Of a DNA stretch of 34,695 nt, positions 26,273-34,695 are shown piece by piece. Source of the stretch: an uncultured Dehalococcoidia bacterium. Its GTDB lineage: Bacteria; Chloroflexota; Dehalococcoidia; SHYB01. The position numbers and the translations under genes are program-made. The notes beneath the pieces are model-generated. The model saw only the letters and a program-made list of their open reading frames with translations, was not told where the DNA came from and made no database searches. The stretch spans positions 1 to 34,695 of the forward strand of contig CAZUGG010000122.1 of NCBI GenBank assembly GCA_964619905.1, in the 5' to 3' direction. Within the stretch, counting starts at the first letter, position 1; each line of letters starts with the position of its first letter.

Positions 26273-27037
26273 ATGAATTCATTCATAAAGGTGATCGGCC
26301 TCCTGCGGAGGCCATACACTTTGATTGCGGTTGCACTGATTGCGATCATGCTGCCGGTTTTTCTCGTCACAACCAACGTACGGACCGTGACCAATAGCGG
26401 CTGGCTATATACCTATGGCTTTGATCGCTATGGCGTAGCCGAGGATACGGGGATTGAGCCTCGCGCCCTGCGTGGGGTTGCCGACGAAATCAAGGAGTAC
26501 TTCCGAAACGAAGAGGAACTGCTTGCAGTTCGAGCTGTCGTCTTCGGCCAGGAGAAGGAATTGTTTACAGAACGAGAGATCCTTCATATGGTCGACGTAA
26601 AGGATCTCATGGGAGGGGTAAATGTATTACAGCGGACAAGCTTCTATACGATGTTTGGACTGACTTTGAGCTTGTTCGCCCTGGCTGGGAGGCGGAATGA
26701 CTTGGCCGCTCTAGGTCGAGGTCTTAACTACGGTGCCGTGCTCAGTTTTGTGATTCTCGTAGCCTTGGGGTTAGGTTTCCTGGTTGGCTTCGAAAAAGTT
26801 TTTACCCAGTTCCACCACGTTAGTTTTGCCAACGACTTGTGGCTCCTCAACCCGCACACTGATTACCTGATAATGATCTTTCCGGAGGGGTTTTTCAGGG
26901 ATGCCACGCTCATTATCGCTGGTCTAACGATGGGGGAGGCGGCACTAACGTGGGTGCTGGGCTATGGGCTGAGGCGCAAGATGTCGTCGCCTCCAGTCAC
27001 GGAAAACGGGAAAAGAGGCCAAAACGGAGACAGCTAG
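26273..27037 (+). CDS. Integral membrane protein, TIGR01906/DUF1461 (Lit-like) family
   Basis: N-terminal transmembrane segment, then YTYGFDRYGV, EREILHMVDVKDL, three more hydrophobic segments, and FHHVSFANDLWLLNP..DYLIMIFPEGFF. I prefer ATG 26273 over the track start 26225. The family call is from memory of its motifs. Confidence 0.65.
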   Translation: MNSFIKVIGLLRRPYTLIAVALIAIMLPVFLVTTNVRTVTNSGWLYTYGFDRYGVAEDTGIEPRALRGVADEIKEYFRNEEELLAVRAVVFGQEKELFTEREILHMVDVKDLMGGVNVLQRTSFYTMFGLTLSLFALAGRRNDLAALGRGLNYGAVLSFVILVALGLGFLVGFEKVFTQFHHVSFANDLWLLNPHTDYLIMIFPEGFFRDATLIIAGLTMGEAALTWVLGYGLRRKMSSPPVTENGKRGQNGDS

Positions 27038-27063
27038 GCTGGGCCAAAAGAATCGGTGGAGCG

Positions 27064-27291
27064 TCAGTTGAACCCGCAGGCACCGGGCTCGGGTGCGCCG
27101 CAACGGCCGCAGCCGACATCGTCCGTGGACATGGGGCCTCCACCGCTTGTAACGGTAGCGAACACGGACAGTGCCCGCTTAGCGCCGGTGTGCCCCTCGG
27201 GGCACGTCTCCTGTGGAGCCGCATCGTCCATAGAGCGCAGGAGCTCGAAACTTGTTGTGCAGTCGCTGCAGTAATACTCGTATAGGGGCAT
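27064..27291 (-). CDS. FmdB-family zinc-ribbon protein
   Basis: MPLYEYYCSDCTTSFELL...CPEGH... with a Cys-rich tail GCGRCGAPEPGACGFN. The family-typical MP-YEY-C start suggests the ATG at 27289-27291 rather than the GTG at 27309. Confidence 0.75.
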   Translation of the reverse strand: MPLYEYYCSDCTTSFELLRSMDDAAPQETCPEGHTGAKRALSVFATVTSGGGPMSTDDVGCGRCGAPEPGACGFN

Positions 27292-27309
27292 AAGGCTAGC
27301 CTCCAACAC

Positions 27310-28242
27310 TCATTCTAACTCAACCCCGCTCGGATGACGGTCGTCGGTCTTCGGCGCTTCAACCAGGCGTCGCATGCCATCGTGCCAGTCTACGGTGGTC
27401 TTCCCGATCAGCTCGTGCATGCGGGTGGTGTCGCAGAAATTACTGCCGGCATGCCAATCCACTCGTTCGAACTCTGCCTTTGATCCGATCAGCTTAGCCA
27501 TGTATTCACACCATTCTTCAGCTGCCACCGGCTGGCTCCCACACCAGTTCACGATGATCGGAGGCACGGCGGCGATCTCCAAAAGCTTGATCGCCTGCCA
27601 GACATAGTCGTCCTCATGCAACGGGCTGTACAAATTTGGGGCGTCGCGTGAGAGAGGAATTGGTTTACCTTGGCGAAGCAACGCCAGGTGCATCGCAGGA
27701 AGGCCACCTGCGTTACCATAGGCGGCGTTCAACCGAGCGATTGAGGCAGGGATGCCGAATTGTGCGGACAGGAATTTGACCACAGCCTCGCCGGCCAATT
27801 TTGATGGTCCGTACGTTGGAGAAACAGGCAAACCGTTTCCGAGGGGGTCATTTTCACTTCGGGGGATCCTTCCGCGTGGCTGGTACACCGAACATGTGGA
27901 GCAGTAGAGGAAGGACTTGGCCTTCCTTACGTGGTACATAAGTTTTCCGGTCCCCACTGCGTTGACCGTCATCGCGTACTCGGAGTCCCCACTGCCTGAT
28001 TGCTGGTAAACGGCGAAATGCAGCACTCTCGCGTAGTCGTCGTCTAGGACGTCGGCCAAGTTGTCCGAGGCGAAATTGCCTGGGATGCAGCGAATCCCGT
28101 GCTGTTCCAGCCGTTTGCGGCTGCCTGGGGCTGTGAATCGGGCTAGGGCGTGGACTTCGTTCTCCTTAGACAGCTCCACGGAAATCGGGTAAGCCACCTG
28201 CCCCGTCGGTCCTGTAACTAGGATCTTCTCGCCCTTGATCAT
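27310..28242 (-). CDS. NAD-dependent epimerase/dehydratase (extended SDR)
   Basis: 310 aa: ILVTGPTGQVAYPI Rossmann motif and catalytic YGPSKLAGE (YxxxK). Confidence 0.8.
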   Translation of the reverse strand: MIKGEKILVTGPTGQVAYPISVELSKENEVHALARFTAPGSRKRLEQHGIRCIPGNFASDNLADVLDDDYARVLHFAVYQQSGSGDSEYAMTVNAVGTGKLMYHVRKAKSFLYCSTCSVYQPRGRIPRSENDPLGNGLPVSPTYGPSKLAGEAVVKFLSAQFGIPASIARLNAAYGNAGGLPAMHLALLRQGKPIPLSRDAPNLYSPLHEDDYVWQAIKLLEIAAVPPIIVNWCGSQPVAAEEWCEYMAKLIGSKAEFERVDWHAGSNFCDTTRMHELIGKTTVDWHDGMRRLVEAPKTDDRHPSGVELE

Positions 28243-28403
28243 GTTCCAGCCCCCGGTATGGCATTCAGTGGGGGGAGTCTACAGGCGGCTGAGTGGATGT
28301 CAACAGCCAGAAGTGCCGCGCATTTTTATCTGAGAGTGCAAACAATGGCAGCGCTCTCGGCCGCAGTATTCACCAAGCAGGACATCGATTGGTTGACCAA
28401 CGT

Positions 28404-29357
28404 TTAGTCGGCGACGATCAGTATGAGAGAGGCCGACGCAAGCCACAGGACAAAGGTTAACAGGAGCGGCCGGTCTCTTAGGAATACCTCTTCCGGGCTG
28501 CCGCCGAGGTTACGGTTGTGCACGAGGAAGAGATAACGGAGAACCCCGTAGAGAACGAACGGGATAGTGAGCATCATAGAGTTGTCGGAGGGCAAATTGT
28601 CTGCGGTAAAGGTGTAAAGCGTATAGGCGAGAACGGTTGCGGGTGCGACGACCGACGCAAAGTGATCGAGGAGGCTTACGGAGTAGTGCTCCAGGGCGGG
28701 CCGATGGCTCGTTCCGGCTTCCCCTAAGGTTGCTAGTTCTGCTCGCCGTTTGCTTAGGGCTATGAAGAGAGCGCCAAGACTCGTCATGACATAAAGCCAT
28801 GGGGAAATTGGCACGTCGATGATTTGCGCCCCTGCTGCGGAGCGAATGACGAAACCAGCCGCAATGGCGAAAATGTCGAGGATGACTTGGTCCTTCAGGC
28901 GAAGGTTATATGCGGTGGTAATGCCGAGGTAGAGGGCGACAAGGACGCCAAAGCCAGTATCGACAATGAAGGAGGCGCTTAACCCGCCGGCGATCAGTAC
29001 TAGTGCCGCAGGCAGGCCGAATCTAGCTGAGAGTTCACCCGCAGCAAGCGGCCGCAGACGCTTGGAGGGATGGAGTCGATCAGAGACGAGGTCCCTATAA
29101 TCGTTGAAGATGTAGGTGGCGCCGGCGACGATAGAAAAGAGTGCGAAGCCGAGGGTCGCCCTCCCAAAGAGTTCGAGCTGTTCCTGGAACCCGTCTGCCC
29201 CGTTATCACCGAGGGTGAAGAAGAATGCCAGATAGATCAGTAGGTTTTTCGCTAGTTGCTTAGGGCGCATTGCGGCCCCGAGCTGCCATACTTGATCGCG
29301 CCAGCTGCGCGAGCCGGGGGCAGTTGGCTGTGTAGGATTGAGGTCGGACGGGGACAT
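28404..29357 (-). CDS. UbiA-family prenyltransferase resembling decaprenyl-phosphate phosphoribosyltransferase (DPPR synthase)
   Basis: 317 aa, polytopic: MRPKQLAKNLLIYLA..., NDYRDLVSDRLHPSKRLRPLAAGEL (NDxxDxxxD plus HPxKRxRP), LKDQVILDIF..AGFVIRSAAG, LSKRRAEL. Confidence 0.8.
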   Translation of the reverse strand: MSPSDLNPTQPTAPGSRSWRDQVWQLGAAMRPKQLAKNLLIYLAFFFTLGDNGADGFQEQLELFGRATLGFALFSIVAGATYIFNDYRDLVSDRLHPSKRLRPLAAGELSARFGLPAALVLIAGGLSASFIVDTGFGVLVALYLGITTAYNLRLKDQVILDIFAIAAGFVIRSAAGAQIIDVPISPWLYVMTSLGALFIALSKRRAELATLGEAGTSHRPALEHYSVSLLDHFASVVAPATVLAYTLYTFTADNLPSDNSMMLTIPFVLYGVLRYLFLVHNRNLGGSPEEVFLRDRPLLLTFVLWLASASLILIVAD

Positions 29358-29455
29358 GGCTAACTACAGATCAGGAATATGGTAACAGAGGAAGACTCAG
29401 CCGATGAGCAATCCTTGGTGGTCACGGTCATGAGACTGGGGATCGAGTCTAAGCC

Positions 29456-30193
29456 ATGAACCCGCGTCTTCCCAAAATACGCCTCGACCAGCTGCTCGTT
29501 GATCGCAGCCTCGTTGAGAGCCGGGCCAAGGCACAGGGGCGCATCATGACTGGGAAAGTCCGTGTTAACGGCGAGCGTATCGACAAGCCGGGCTTTCTTG
29601 TACGAACTGCAGTGGAGGTCGAGGTGGCTGAGCCTCCAAGGTTTGTCAGTCGGGGGGGACTCAAGCTGGAAGGAGCCCTTGAGCATTTTCACATCGGCCC
29701 TGCTGGGCTGGCGTGCCTAGATGTTGGCGCTTCGACGGGCGGTTTCACAGATTGTCTACTGCAACGGGGGGCAGTTCGGGTTTTCGCTGTAGATGTTGGC
29801 AGAGGGCAGCTCCACGATCGCATTGCTAGAGACGAAAGAGTTGTAGCCCTCGACAAAACTAACGCCCATCACCCGTTTGAACTCCCCAGTAAGGTTGAAC
29901 TAGCTACCGTAGACGTTTCATTCATTTCGCTCACGCAAGTACTGCCCAATGTTGTGCCCCACCTCTCGGCTGGCGGCCGCGTCTTATGTCTTGTTAAGCC
30001 CCAGTTCGAAGCTGGGAAGAAGCAAGTTGGTCGAGGGGGGGTGGTTAAGGATCCCCAAGTACATGGCGCTGTTTTGGCCAAGGTTGGCTTATGGGCCTTG
30101 GACCGGGGAATCCGCGTACGAGGCTTGGTCAGGTCAGTGGTTCGCGGCCCGGCGGGCAACGTTGAGTACTTTGCTTTGCTTCAAATCGGGTAG
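29456..30193 (+). CDS. tlyA: TlyA-family rRNA (cytidine-2'-O)-methyltransferase
   Basis: 245 aa: S4-like N-terminus RLDQLLVDRSLVESRAKAQGRIMTGKVRVNG, SAM motif LDVGASTGGFTDCLLQRGA, and DVSFISL. Confidence 0.85.
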   Translation: MNPRLPKIRLDQLLVDRSLVESRAKAQGRIMTGKVRVNGERIDKPGFLVRTAVEVEVAEPPRFVSRGGLKLEGALEHFHIGPAGLACLDVGASTGGFTDCLLQRGAVRVFAVDVGRGQLHDRIARDERVVALDKTNAHHPFELPSKVELATVDVSFISLTQVLPNVVPHLSAGGRVLCLVKPQFEAGKKQVGRGGVVKDPQVHGAVLAKVGLWALDRGIRVRGLVRSVVRGPAGNVEYFALLQIG

Positions 30194-30277
30194 CATTACG
30201 AAGGAACTTCGGCTGTCGCTACGGCACATGGTCCAAGGCGGCTTGCAATTGCTGGTCGACGACGCAAGGAGGCTTAG

Positions 30278-31300
30278 TTGCAGATTGAGATTAACGCGTT
30301 CCTAAGGAATCCTTCCTTCTCGGGGCGTTCGCACCAGCAACTCTATGGCGAGTTCCTCGAGATGATGGAGTATGCAGACCAAAACGGAATGACAGGAGTC
30401 AGCCTAGCTGAACATCACTTCGAAGATGACGGTTATCTTCCATCGCAGTTCGTTATGGCTGGGGCAATCGCAGCAAGGACGAAGAAAATCCAGATCCGAT
30501 TCGGGATTATGGTCTTGCCCTTACATCATCCGGTAAGTGTTGCTGAGGACGGGGCAGTACTGGACTGCCTCAGTGAGGGAAGGTTTACGTTGGGGGTCGC
30601 TGGAGGCTACCACCGTAAGGAGTTCGAAGGGTTTGGTATACCTAGGAACGAACGTGGAGATCGAATGGACGAGGCCCTCGACATTATCCGCAAGTGTTGG
30701 GAGGATGAGGGCCCATTCGACTATGAAGGGCAATTTTGGCAACTAAAGGGGATCAAGGTCAGGCCTCGACCGGTGCAAGAGCCGCGACCTAAGATCATCC
30801 TGGGCGGCAACAGCGAAGCTGCGGCTCGGCGTGCGGCTCGCTACGCGGACGGTTTCATGCCGGTGTCGGGTCGTTGGTGGGATGCCTATCGCCAAGAGAT
30901 GAAGAGGCTAGATAAGGACCCGGGACCGGCGCCAATAGAGCCCGCCGAACCGCATCCATTTCACCTGCATGTAGCACGTGATCCGGAGCGGGCTTGGGCC
31001 GTGATCGCACCCCATGCCCTACACGAGTGGAACGCGTACGCTAAGTACAACGACGACGATCCCAACATGATGTTCTTCTTAGCTCCAAACGCGGACATCT
31101 TGAAGGATCAAGGTATCTATAGGGTGATGACACCGGAGGAGTGCACTGAGTTCCTGCTAAGACAGCGACAGGCCCTTGGGGACCACGCCTCTCTGAGGCT
31201 GCGCCCCACGATGGGCGGAATGCCCGCGGAGTTGGGGCAAGAGTGTTTGGAGCTCGTCGCGAACGAAGTGATGCCAAGGCTGAGGGACGCAGGCGCCTAA
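30278..31300 (+). CDS. LLM-class (luciferase-like) flavin/F420-dependent oxidoreductase
   Basis: 340 aa: GVSLAEHHF, LPLHHPVSVAEDGAVLDCLSEGRFTLGVAGGY, ILGGNSEAAARRAARYADGFMP. TTG start with an AAGGAGG ribosome-binding site. Confidence 0.85.
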   Translation: MQIEINAFLRNPSFSGRSHQQLYGEFLEMMEYADQNGMTGVSLAEHHFEDDGYLPSQFVMAGAIAARTKKIQIRFGIMVLPLHHPVSVAEDGAVLDCLSEGRFTLGVAGGYHRKEFEGFGIPRNERGDRMDEALDIIRKCWEDEGPFDYEGQFWQLKGIKVRPRPVQEPRPKIILGGNSEAAARRAARYADGFMPVSGRWWDAYRQEMKRLDKDPGPAPIEPAEPHPFHLHVARDPERAWAVIAPHALHEWNAYAKYNDDDPNMMFFLAPNADILKDQGIYRVMTPEECTEFLLRQRQALGDHASLRLRPTMGGMPAELGQECLELVANEVMPRLRDAGA

Positions 31301-31322
31301 CGAAATCAAAGGGAGGTTCGAG

Positions 31323-32945
31323 ATGGCGGAAGTAAGCGGCTCATATCTCGTTGCTAAGGGGCTCCAGAATGAAGGGGTCGATACGATCTTCTATCTCATG
31401 GGGGGGCCTATCTCACCGATCATTGCTGAGGCGGAGAAGCTCGGAATGACCTGCTACTACGTTCGGCATGAACAGGCCGCTGCGATGGCAGCCCATGCCT
31501 ATGCTCGTGCTACAGGTAAGACCGGGATCTGTGTCACGACTGCCGGTCCCGGCACGGCCAATGCCATCACCGGGGTGGCCAATGCCCAAGCCGATGCCTG
31601 CCCTTTGGTATGTATTGGAGGTTCATCCTCGATTGAAGGCATTGGTGTAGAAGTCTTCCAGGAGATGGACCAAGTTCCCATGTTCAAGTCGGTAACCAAA
31701 CTGGCGATGAAGATGGACCTAACCCATCGCATCCCAGAGTACTTGAGCATTGGATTCCGACACGCTCAGGACGCCTGCAAAGGCGCCGTCTATCTTGACG
31801 CACCGGGCGACGTGCTGATGAATAAGGTTGAGGAAGAGAAGGTTTTTTATCCCGAGCGGTATCGTGTGGAAGCTCGAGCTTATGGCGACCCCGCTTTGGT
31901 CGGGGCCGCGATCGATGTACTGGTCCGTGCCAAGAAGCCCCTTGTGATCACAGGAAGCGGCATTTTTTGGTCGGAAGCGGAGGTCGCCCTTAGGAACTTT
32001 GTGGAAGCGACGGGGATCCCGTTCTTCACGACACCTCAAGGTCGGGGCGCGATCTCGGAAGATCACGATCTCTTCTTCCCCGGAGCTCGGAGTTCGGCCT
32101 TCAAAGAAGCGGATGCTGTCTGCGTGATCGGAACCCGTGCTAATGCCATGTTGTTCAATCTGCGGGCACCCCGGTTTAGTGCCGAAGCTAAGGTTATTGA
32201 AGTTAACATCGACGGCAAGGAGTTGGGTCACAATCGCGCTGTGGATGTGGGAATCCTGGGCGATGCCCGTGCAGTGCTGGAACAACTCACTGAGCAAGCC
32301 AAGGGGCGTATCAAAGCCGAATCGTATGGGAAGTGGCGAGATTCGTTGAAAGGTTTGGATGCGGCTCGCGAGGAGCGTGCCCAGGATCTGCTTCATTCTG
32401 ACAACGACCCCATCCATCCCTTACGTCTTTGTAAGGAGCTTCGGGAGGCCATGGGCCCGGATGACATCCTCGTCGTCGATGGTCATGAGACCTTGGGTTT
32501 TGCTCGTCATTCGATTCCAACGTTCCTGCCGAGACATCGGCTCAACGCTGGTCCTCATGGCGTCATGGGTGTTGGCGTGCCTTTTGGTCTGGGCGCCCAG
32601 GCAGCGAATCCGGACAAGCGAGTTGTCGTCTTGAGCGGGGATGGTGCGTTTGGCTGGAATGGTATGGAAATGGATACTGCGGTTCGTCACAACCTGAACT
32701 TGAAGATAGTCATTTGCAACAATGGTGGCTTTACTAGTAGGGGTTCTTATGGAAGCGTGGGCCGCGAGCTGGGTTGGCAGCGCTACGATGAGATGATGGC
32801 TGCGATTGGTTGCCACGGCGAATGGGTTGAGAAGTCTGATGAGATCAGATCTGCTCTGGATCGTGCATTTGCCGCAGAAGGCCCGGCGGTGGTCAATGTT
32901 CGGACAGATCCGGAAGCCCGGGCCGGATCCGCTATCGGCATGTAG
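31323..32945 (+). CDS. ThDP-dependent enzyme of the oxalyl-CoA decarboxylase / 2-hydroxyacyl-CoA lyase-like subfamily
   Basis: 540 aa: VRHEQAAAMAAHAYARATGK.GICVTTAGPG, and IGGSSS...FQEMDQVPMFKSVTK (GGSS as in OXC/HACL, rather than the GQV of acetolactate synthase). ThDP motif GDGAFGWNGMEMDTAVRHNLNLKIVICNNGG. Confidence 0.8.
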   Translation: MAEVSGSYLVAKGLQNEGVDTIFYLMGGPISPIIAEAEKLGMTCYYVRHEQAAAMAAHAYARATGKTGICVTTAGPGTANAITGVANAQADACPLVCIGGSSSIEGIGVEVFQEMDQVPMFKSVTKLAMKMDLTHRIPEYLSIGFRHAQDACKGAVYLDAPGDVLMNKVEEEKVFYPERYRVEARAYGDPALVGAAIDVLVRAKKPLVITGSGIFWSEAEVALRNFVEATGIPFFTTPQGRGAISEDHDLFFPGARSSAFKEADAVCVIGTRANAMLFNLRAPRFSAEAKVIEVNIDGKELGHNRAVDVGILGDARAVLEQLTEQAKGRIKAESYGKWRDSLKGLDAAREERAQDLLHSDNDPIHPLRLCKELREAMGPDDILVVDGHETLGFARHSIPTFLPRHRLNAGPHGVMGVGVPFGLGAQAANPDKRVVVLSGDGAFGWNGMEMDTAVRHNLNLKIVICNNGGFTSRGSYGSVGRELGWQRYDEMMAAIGCHGEWVEKSDEIRSALDRAFAAEGPAVVNVRTDPEARAGSAIGM

Positions 32946-32959
32946 GGTACCAACTGCTT

Positions 32960-33910
32960 ATGGAATACCGCATTCTTGGAAGAACTGGTTTCTCAATCTC
33001 TGACATTGGTTTCGGAGCTATGACCATTGGCGGCGAGGTATTTGGCTCGACCGATGATAAGGAATCGTTGCGTGCCCTAAACCGAGCTGTTGATCTTGGA
33101 ATGAATTTCATTGATACGGCGGATGCCTATGGCCGTGGTCACAGCGAGGAGCTCGTAGGCTCGATGCTTAAGACCCGGCGGGATGAGGTTGTCATCGCGA
33201 CGAAAGGCGGCAACCGGTTTGATGTAAGGCAAGGGTATCGGGACTTCGATCCGGATTACATTTCCAGTGCTCTCGAGCGGAGTTTGATCCGACTTGGCAT
33301 CGAGACGATCGATTTGTATCAACTGCACAATCCTCCGCAAGAGATTCTGCGCTCCGGAGAAATCTTCGAACGTCTCGATCGCCATAAGCGAGAGGGAAAA
33401 ATCAGATTCTATGGGGTTTCGGTACAGAGTCACACTGACGGAGTTACGGCCATACAGACGGGTAAACCGGATACGATCCAAGTCGTATACAACATGCTTC
33501 ACCAAGAGCCAGAGTTCGAGCTGTTTCCGTTAGCGCAGCGCGACAACATTGGTGTCATCGCGCGCGTTCCCTTCGAGCGTGGGCTGTTGGCGGGGCGGCT
33601 TCGAGCTGGAGCCGACTTTGCTCAGAACGATGGGCGGGCCGGTTTGTTCAGGGATGATTCACTAGAATCGTTGGCTGCCGTTGTGGAAAAGCTTTCTTTT
33701 GTGGTCGGGGAAGATGTCCCCAGCATTGGAAACGCAGCGCTGAGGTTTTCGATTAGTCATCCAGCGGTGGCCACAGTGATCCCTGGCATCCGCACAGTTC
33801 AGCAGTTGGAAGAAAATATTGAGGCGAGTGGGAACGAACTAAGACAGGAGCACATCGCCCGTCTTCGCAGGCTCTGGCGCGAGGAGCTAACCGAATTTAA
33901 GCATCATTGA
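32960..33910 (+). CDS. Aldo/keto reductase
   Basis: 316 aa: MEYRILGRTGFSISDIGFGAM, NFIDTADAYGRGHSEELVG, IATKGG, IDLYQLHNP. Confidence 0.9.
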   Translation: MEYRILGRTGFSISDIGFGAMTIGGEVFGSTDDKESLRALNRAVDLGMNFIDTADAYGRGHSEELVGSMLKTRRDEVVIATKGGNRFDVRQGYRDFDPDYISSALERSLIRLGIETIDLYQLHNPPQEILRSGEIFERLDRHKREGKIRFYGVSVQSHTDGVTAIQTGKPDTIQVVYNMLHQEPEFELFPLAQRDNIGVIARVPFERGLLAGRLRAGADFAQNDGRAGLFRDDSLESLAAVVEKLSFVVGEDVPSIGNAALRFSISHPAVATVIPGIRTVQQLEENIEASGNELRQEHIARLRRLWREELTEFKHH

Positions 33911-33946
33911 CTTGATGGACCACGTAAATCTGCCGAATGCATGCTC

Positions 33947-33964
33947 CGGACAAGGTGTCCGTTT
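33947..33964. terminator. Small hairpin between the convergent AKR and metF genes
   Basis: CGGACA-AGG-TGTCCG is a perfect 6-bp stem, followed by TTT on the + strand. It overlaps the metF stop codon. Confidence 0.35.
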
Positions 33965-34695
33965 AGGCAATTCGCACCACGCCAGCGGCGCGCAAATTCT
34001 CTAGGATTGTTTTTGACGAACGGGATAGATTCAGGGTGTAGAAATGGATGCCCTCGGCTCCCTGTTCGAGAAGCTCTTGGCACTGCTTCGTGGAATAGTT
34101 GATGCCCTCGGCGATGACCGCGTCGCGATCGTCCTTGATCGGCTCGAGGCGTGCCAAGAGTTCAGGAGGCATGGCGGACCCGCACATCTCTGTGAACCGT
34201 TTGATCTGACTCAAGTTTGTTATTGGCATAATTCCAGGAAGGATCGGTATCTCGATTCCTGCTGCCCGGGCTCGCTCGACGAAGCGAAAGAAGTCCTCGT
34301 TCTTGAAGAAGAGCTGGGTTACGATGAAGTCGGCGCCCGCTTCGACCTTTCGCTTCAGATTGTCGAGGTCGGTTTCGAGGCTAGGTGCTTCGATATGGCC
34401 TTCGGGATAGCCGGCCACACCAATAGAAAAGTCCCACCGCGACTTAATATGGGAAACGAGCCCATCGGCGTTATGCAGGCCATCAGGATGTGGCACGAAC
34501 TCAGTCTCCCCTTGTGGTGGGTCGCCACGCAAGGCCATGATGTTGTCGATGCCTCGCTCGTGGATCTCACCCAAGATGCCGTCGAGGTCTGCCTTGGAGG
34601 CGCCAACACAGGTCAGATGAGCCATGCTCTCAATGCCAAACCTAGACTTGATCATTTCCACTACGTCTAGGGTGTTGCGTCTCGTGCTGCCACCG
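33963..34695 (-). CDS. metF: Methylenetetrahydrofolate reductase, partial; the 5' end lies beyond the window end
   Basis: The track ORF starts at an internal GTG (34661), but the frame stays open to the window edge: GGSTRRNTLDVVEMIKSRFGIESMAHLTCVG...ALRGDPP...AGYPEGH...FIVTQLFF. This matches the conserved MetF core, so the N-terminus is outside the window. Confidence 0.85.
   Translation of the reverse strand, partial: GGSTRRNTLDVVEMIKSRFGIESMAHLTCVGASKADLDGILGEIHERGIDNIMALRGDPPQGETEFVPHPDGLHNADGLVSHIKSRWDFSIGVAGYPEGHIEAPSLETDLDNLKRKVEAGADFIVTQLFFKNEDFFRFVERARAAGIEIPILPGIMPITNLSQIKRFTEMCGSAMPPELLARLEPIKDDRDAVIAEGINYSTKQCQELLEQGAEGIHFYTLNLSRSSKTILENLRAAGVVRIA

Noticed and set aside
29360-29692. 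A 110-aa minus-strand ORF abutting the UbiA gene start
   Set aside because: It is antisense to the well-supported tlyA 5' end, has no motifs, and would leave no promoter space.
34044-34670. A 208-aa plus-strand ORF antisense to metF. Similar long antisense ORFs occur at 31719-32417, 9031-9525, 17384-17920, 13373-13924 and 14382-14888.
   Set aside because: All of them lie entirely within, and opposite to, strongly supported conserved genes. They have no motifs and skewed amino-acid composition, so I treat them as shadow ORFs.

Overview
This is a densely coding chromosomal segment with about 38 protein genes. I found no rRNA, tRNA, CRISPR array, transposase, integrase or other mobile-element signature. 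By eye the composition is uniform and moderately GC-rich, in the mid-50s percent (not computed). The content is housekeeping operons interleaved with paralogous catabolic oxidoreductase and hydrolase genes. Housekeeping operons: (a) pyrR-pyrB-pyrC-carA, preceded by a recognisable PyrR-binding RNA loop and an attenuator terminator. (b) TIGR00725/LOG-like gene-eno-SDR. (c) DUF177-rpmF-fabD-fabG-nusB-acpP behind a near-consensus sigma70-type promoter. (d) mazG, tlyA and a partial metF. Catabolic genes: a partial crotonase, four SDRs, a tandem acyl-CoA dehydrogenase pair, two PF04909-type amidohydrolases, two aldo/keto reductases, an LLM flavin oxidoreductase and an oxalyl-CoA decarboxylase/2-hydroxyacyl-CoA lyase-like ThDP enzyme. 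Also present: a MarR-MFS pair, a lipoprotein zinc metallopeptidase, a DPPR-synthase-like UbiA prenyltransferase, an extended-SDR epimerase and an FmdB zinc-ribbon protein. The gene repertoire resembles a Chloroflexota (SAR202-like) or Actinomycetota-like organism, but that is a guess I cannot test without a database search. I see no convincing novel multi-gene system such as a defence island, secretion system or biosynthetic cluster, and the window looks largely ordinary. The most unusual thing directly visible is that two adjacent, translationally coupled genes (amidohydrolase and aldo/keto reductase) each carry a single in-frame TGA. Both genes are otherwise intact, and TGA clearly works as a normal stop elsewhere in the window. 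Secondary points are an asymmetric tandem ACAD pair resembling alpha2beta2 heteromeric ACADs, an LLM/ThDP-lyase/AKR trio, and an internally duplicated 236-aa protein of unknown function. Two genes run off the window edges and are absent or truncated in the supplied ORF track: the crotonase at 1-604 and metF at 33963-34695.
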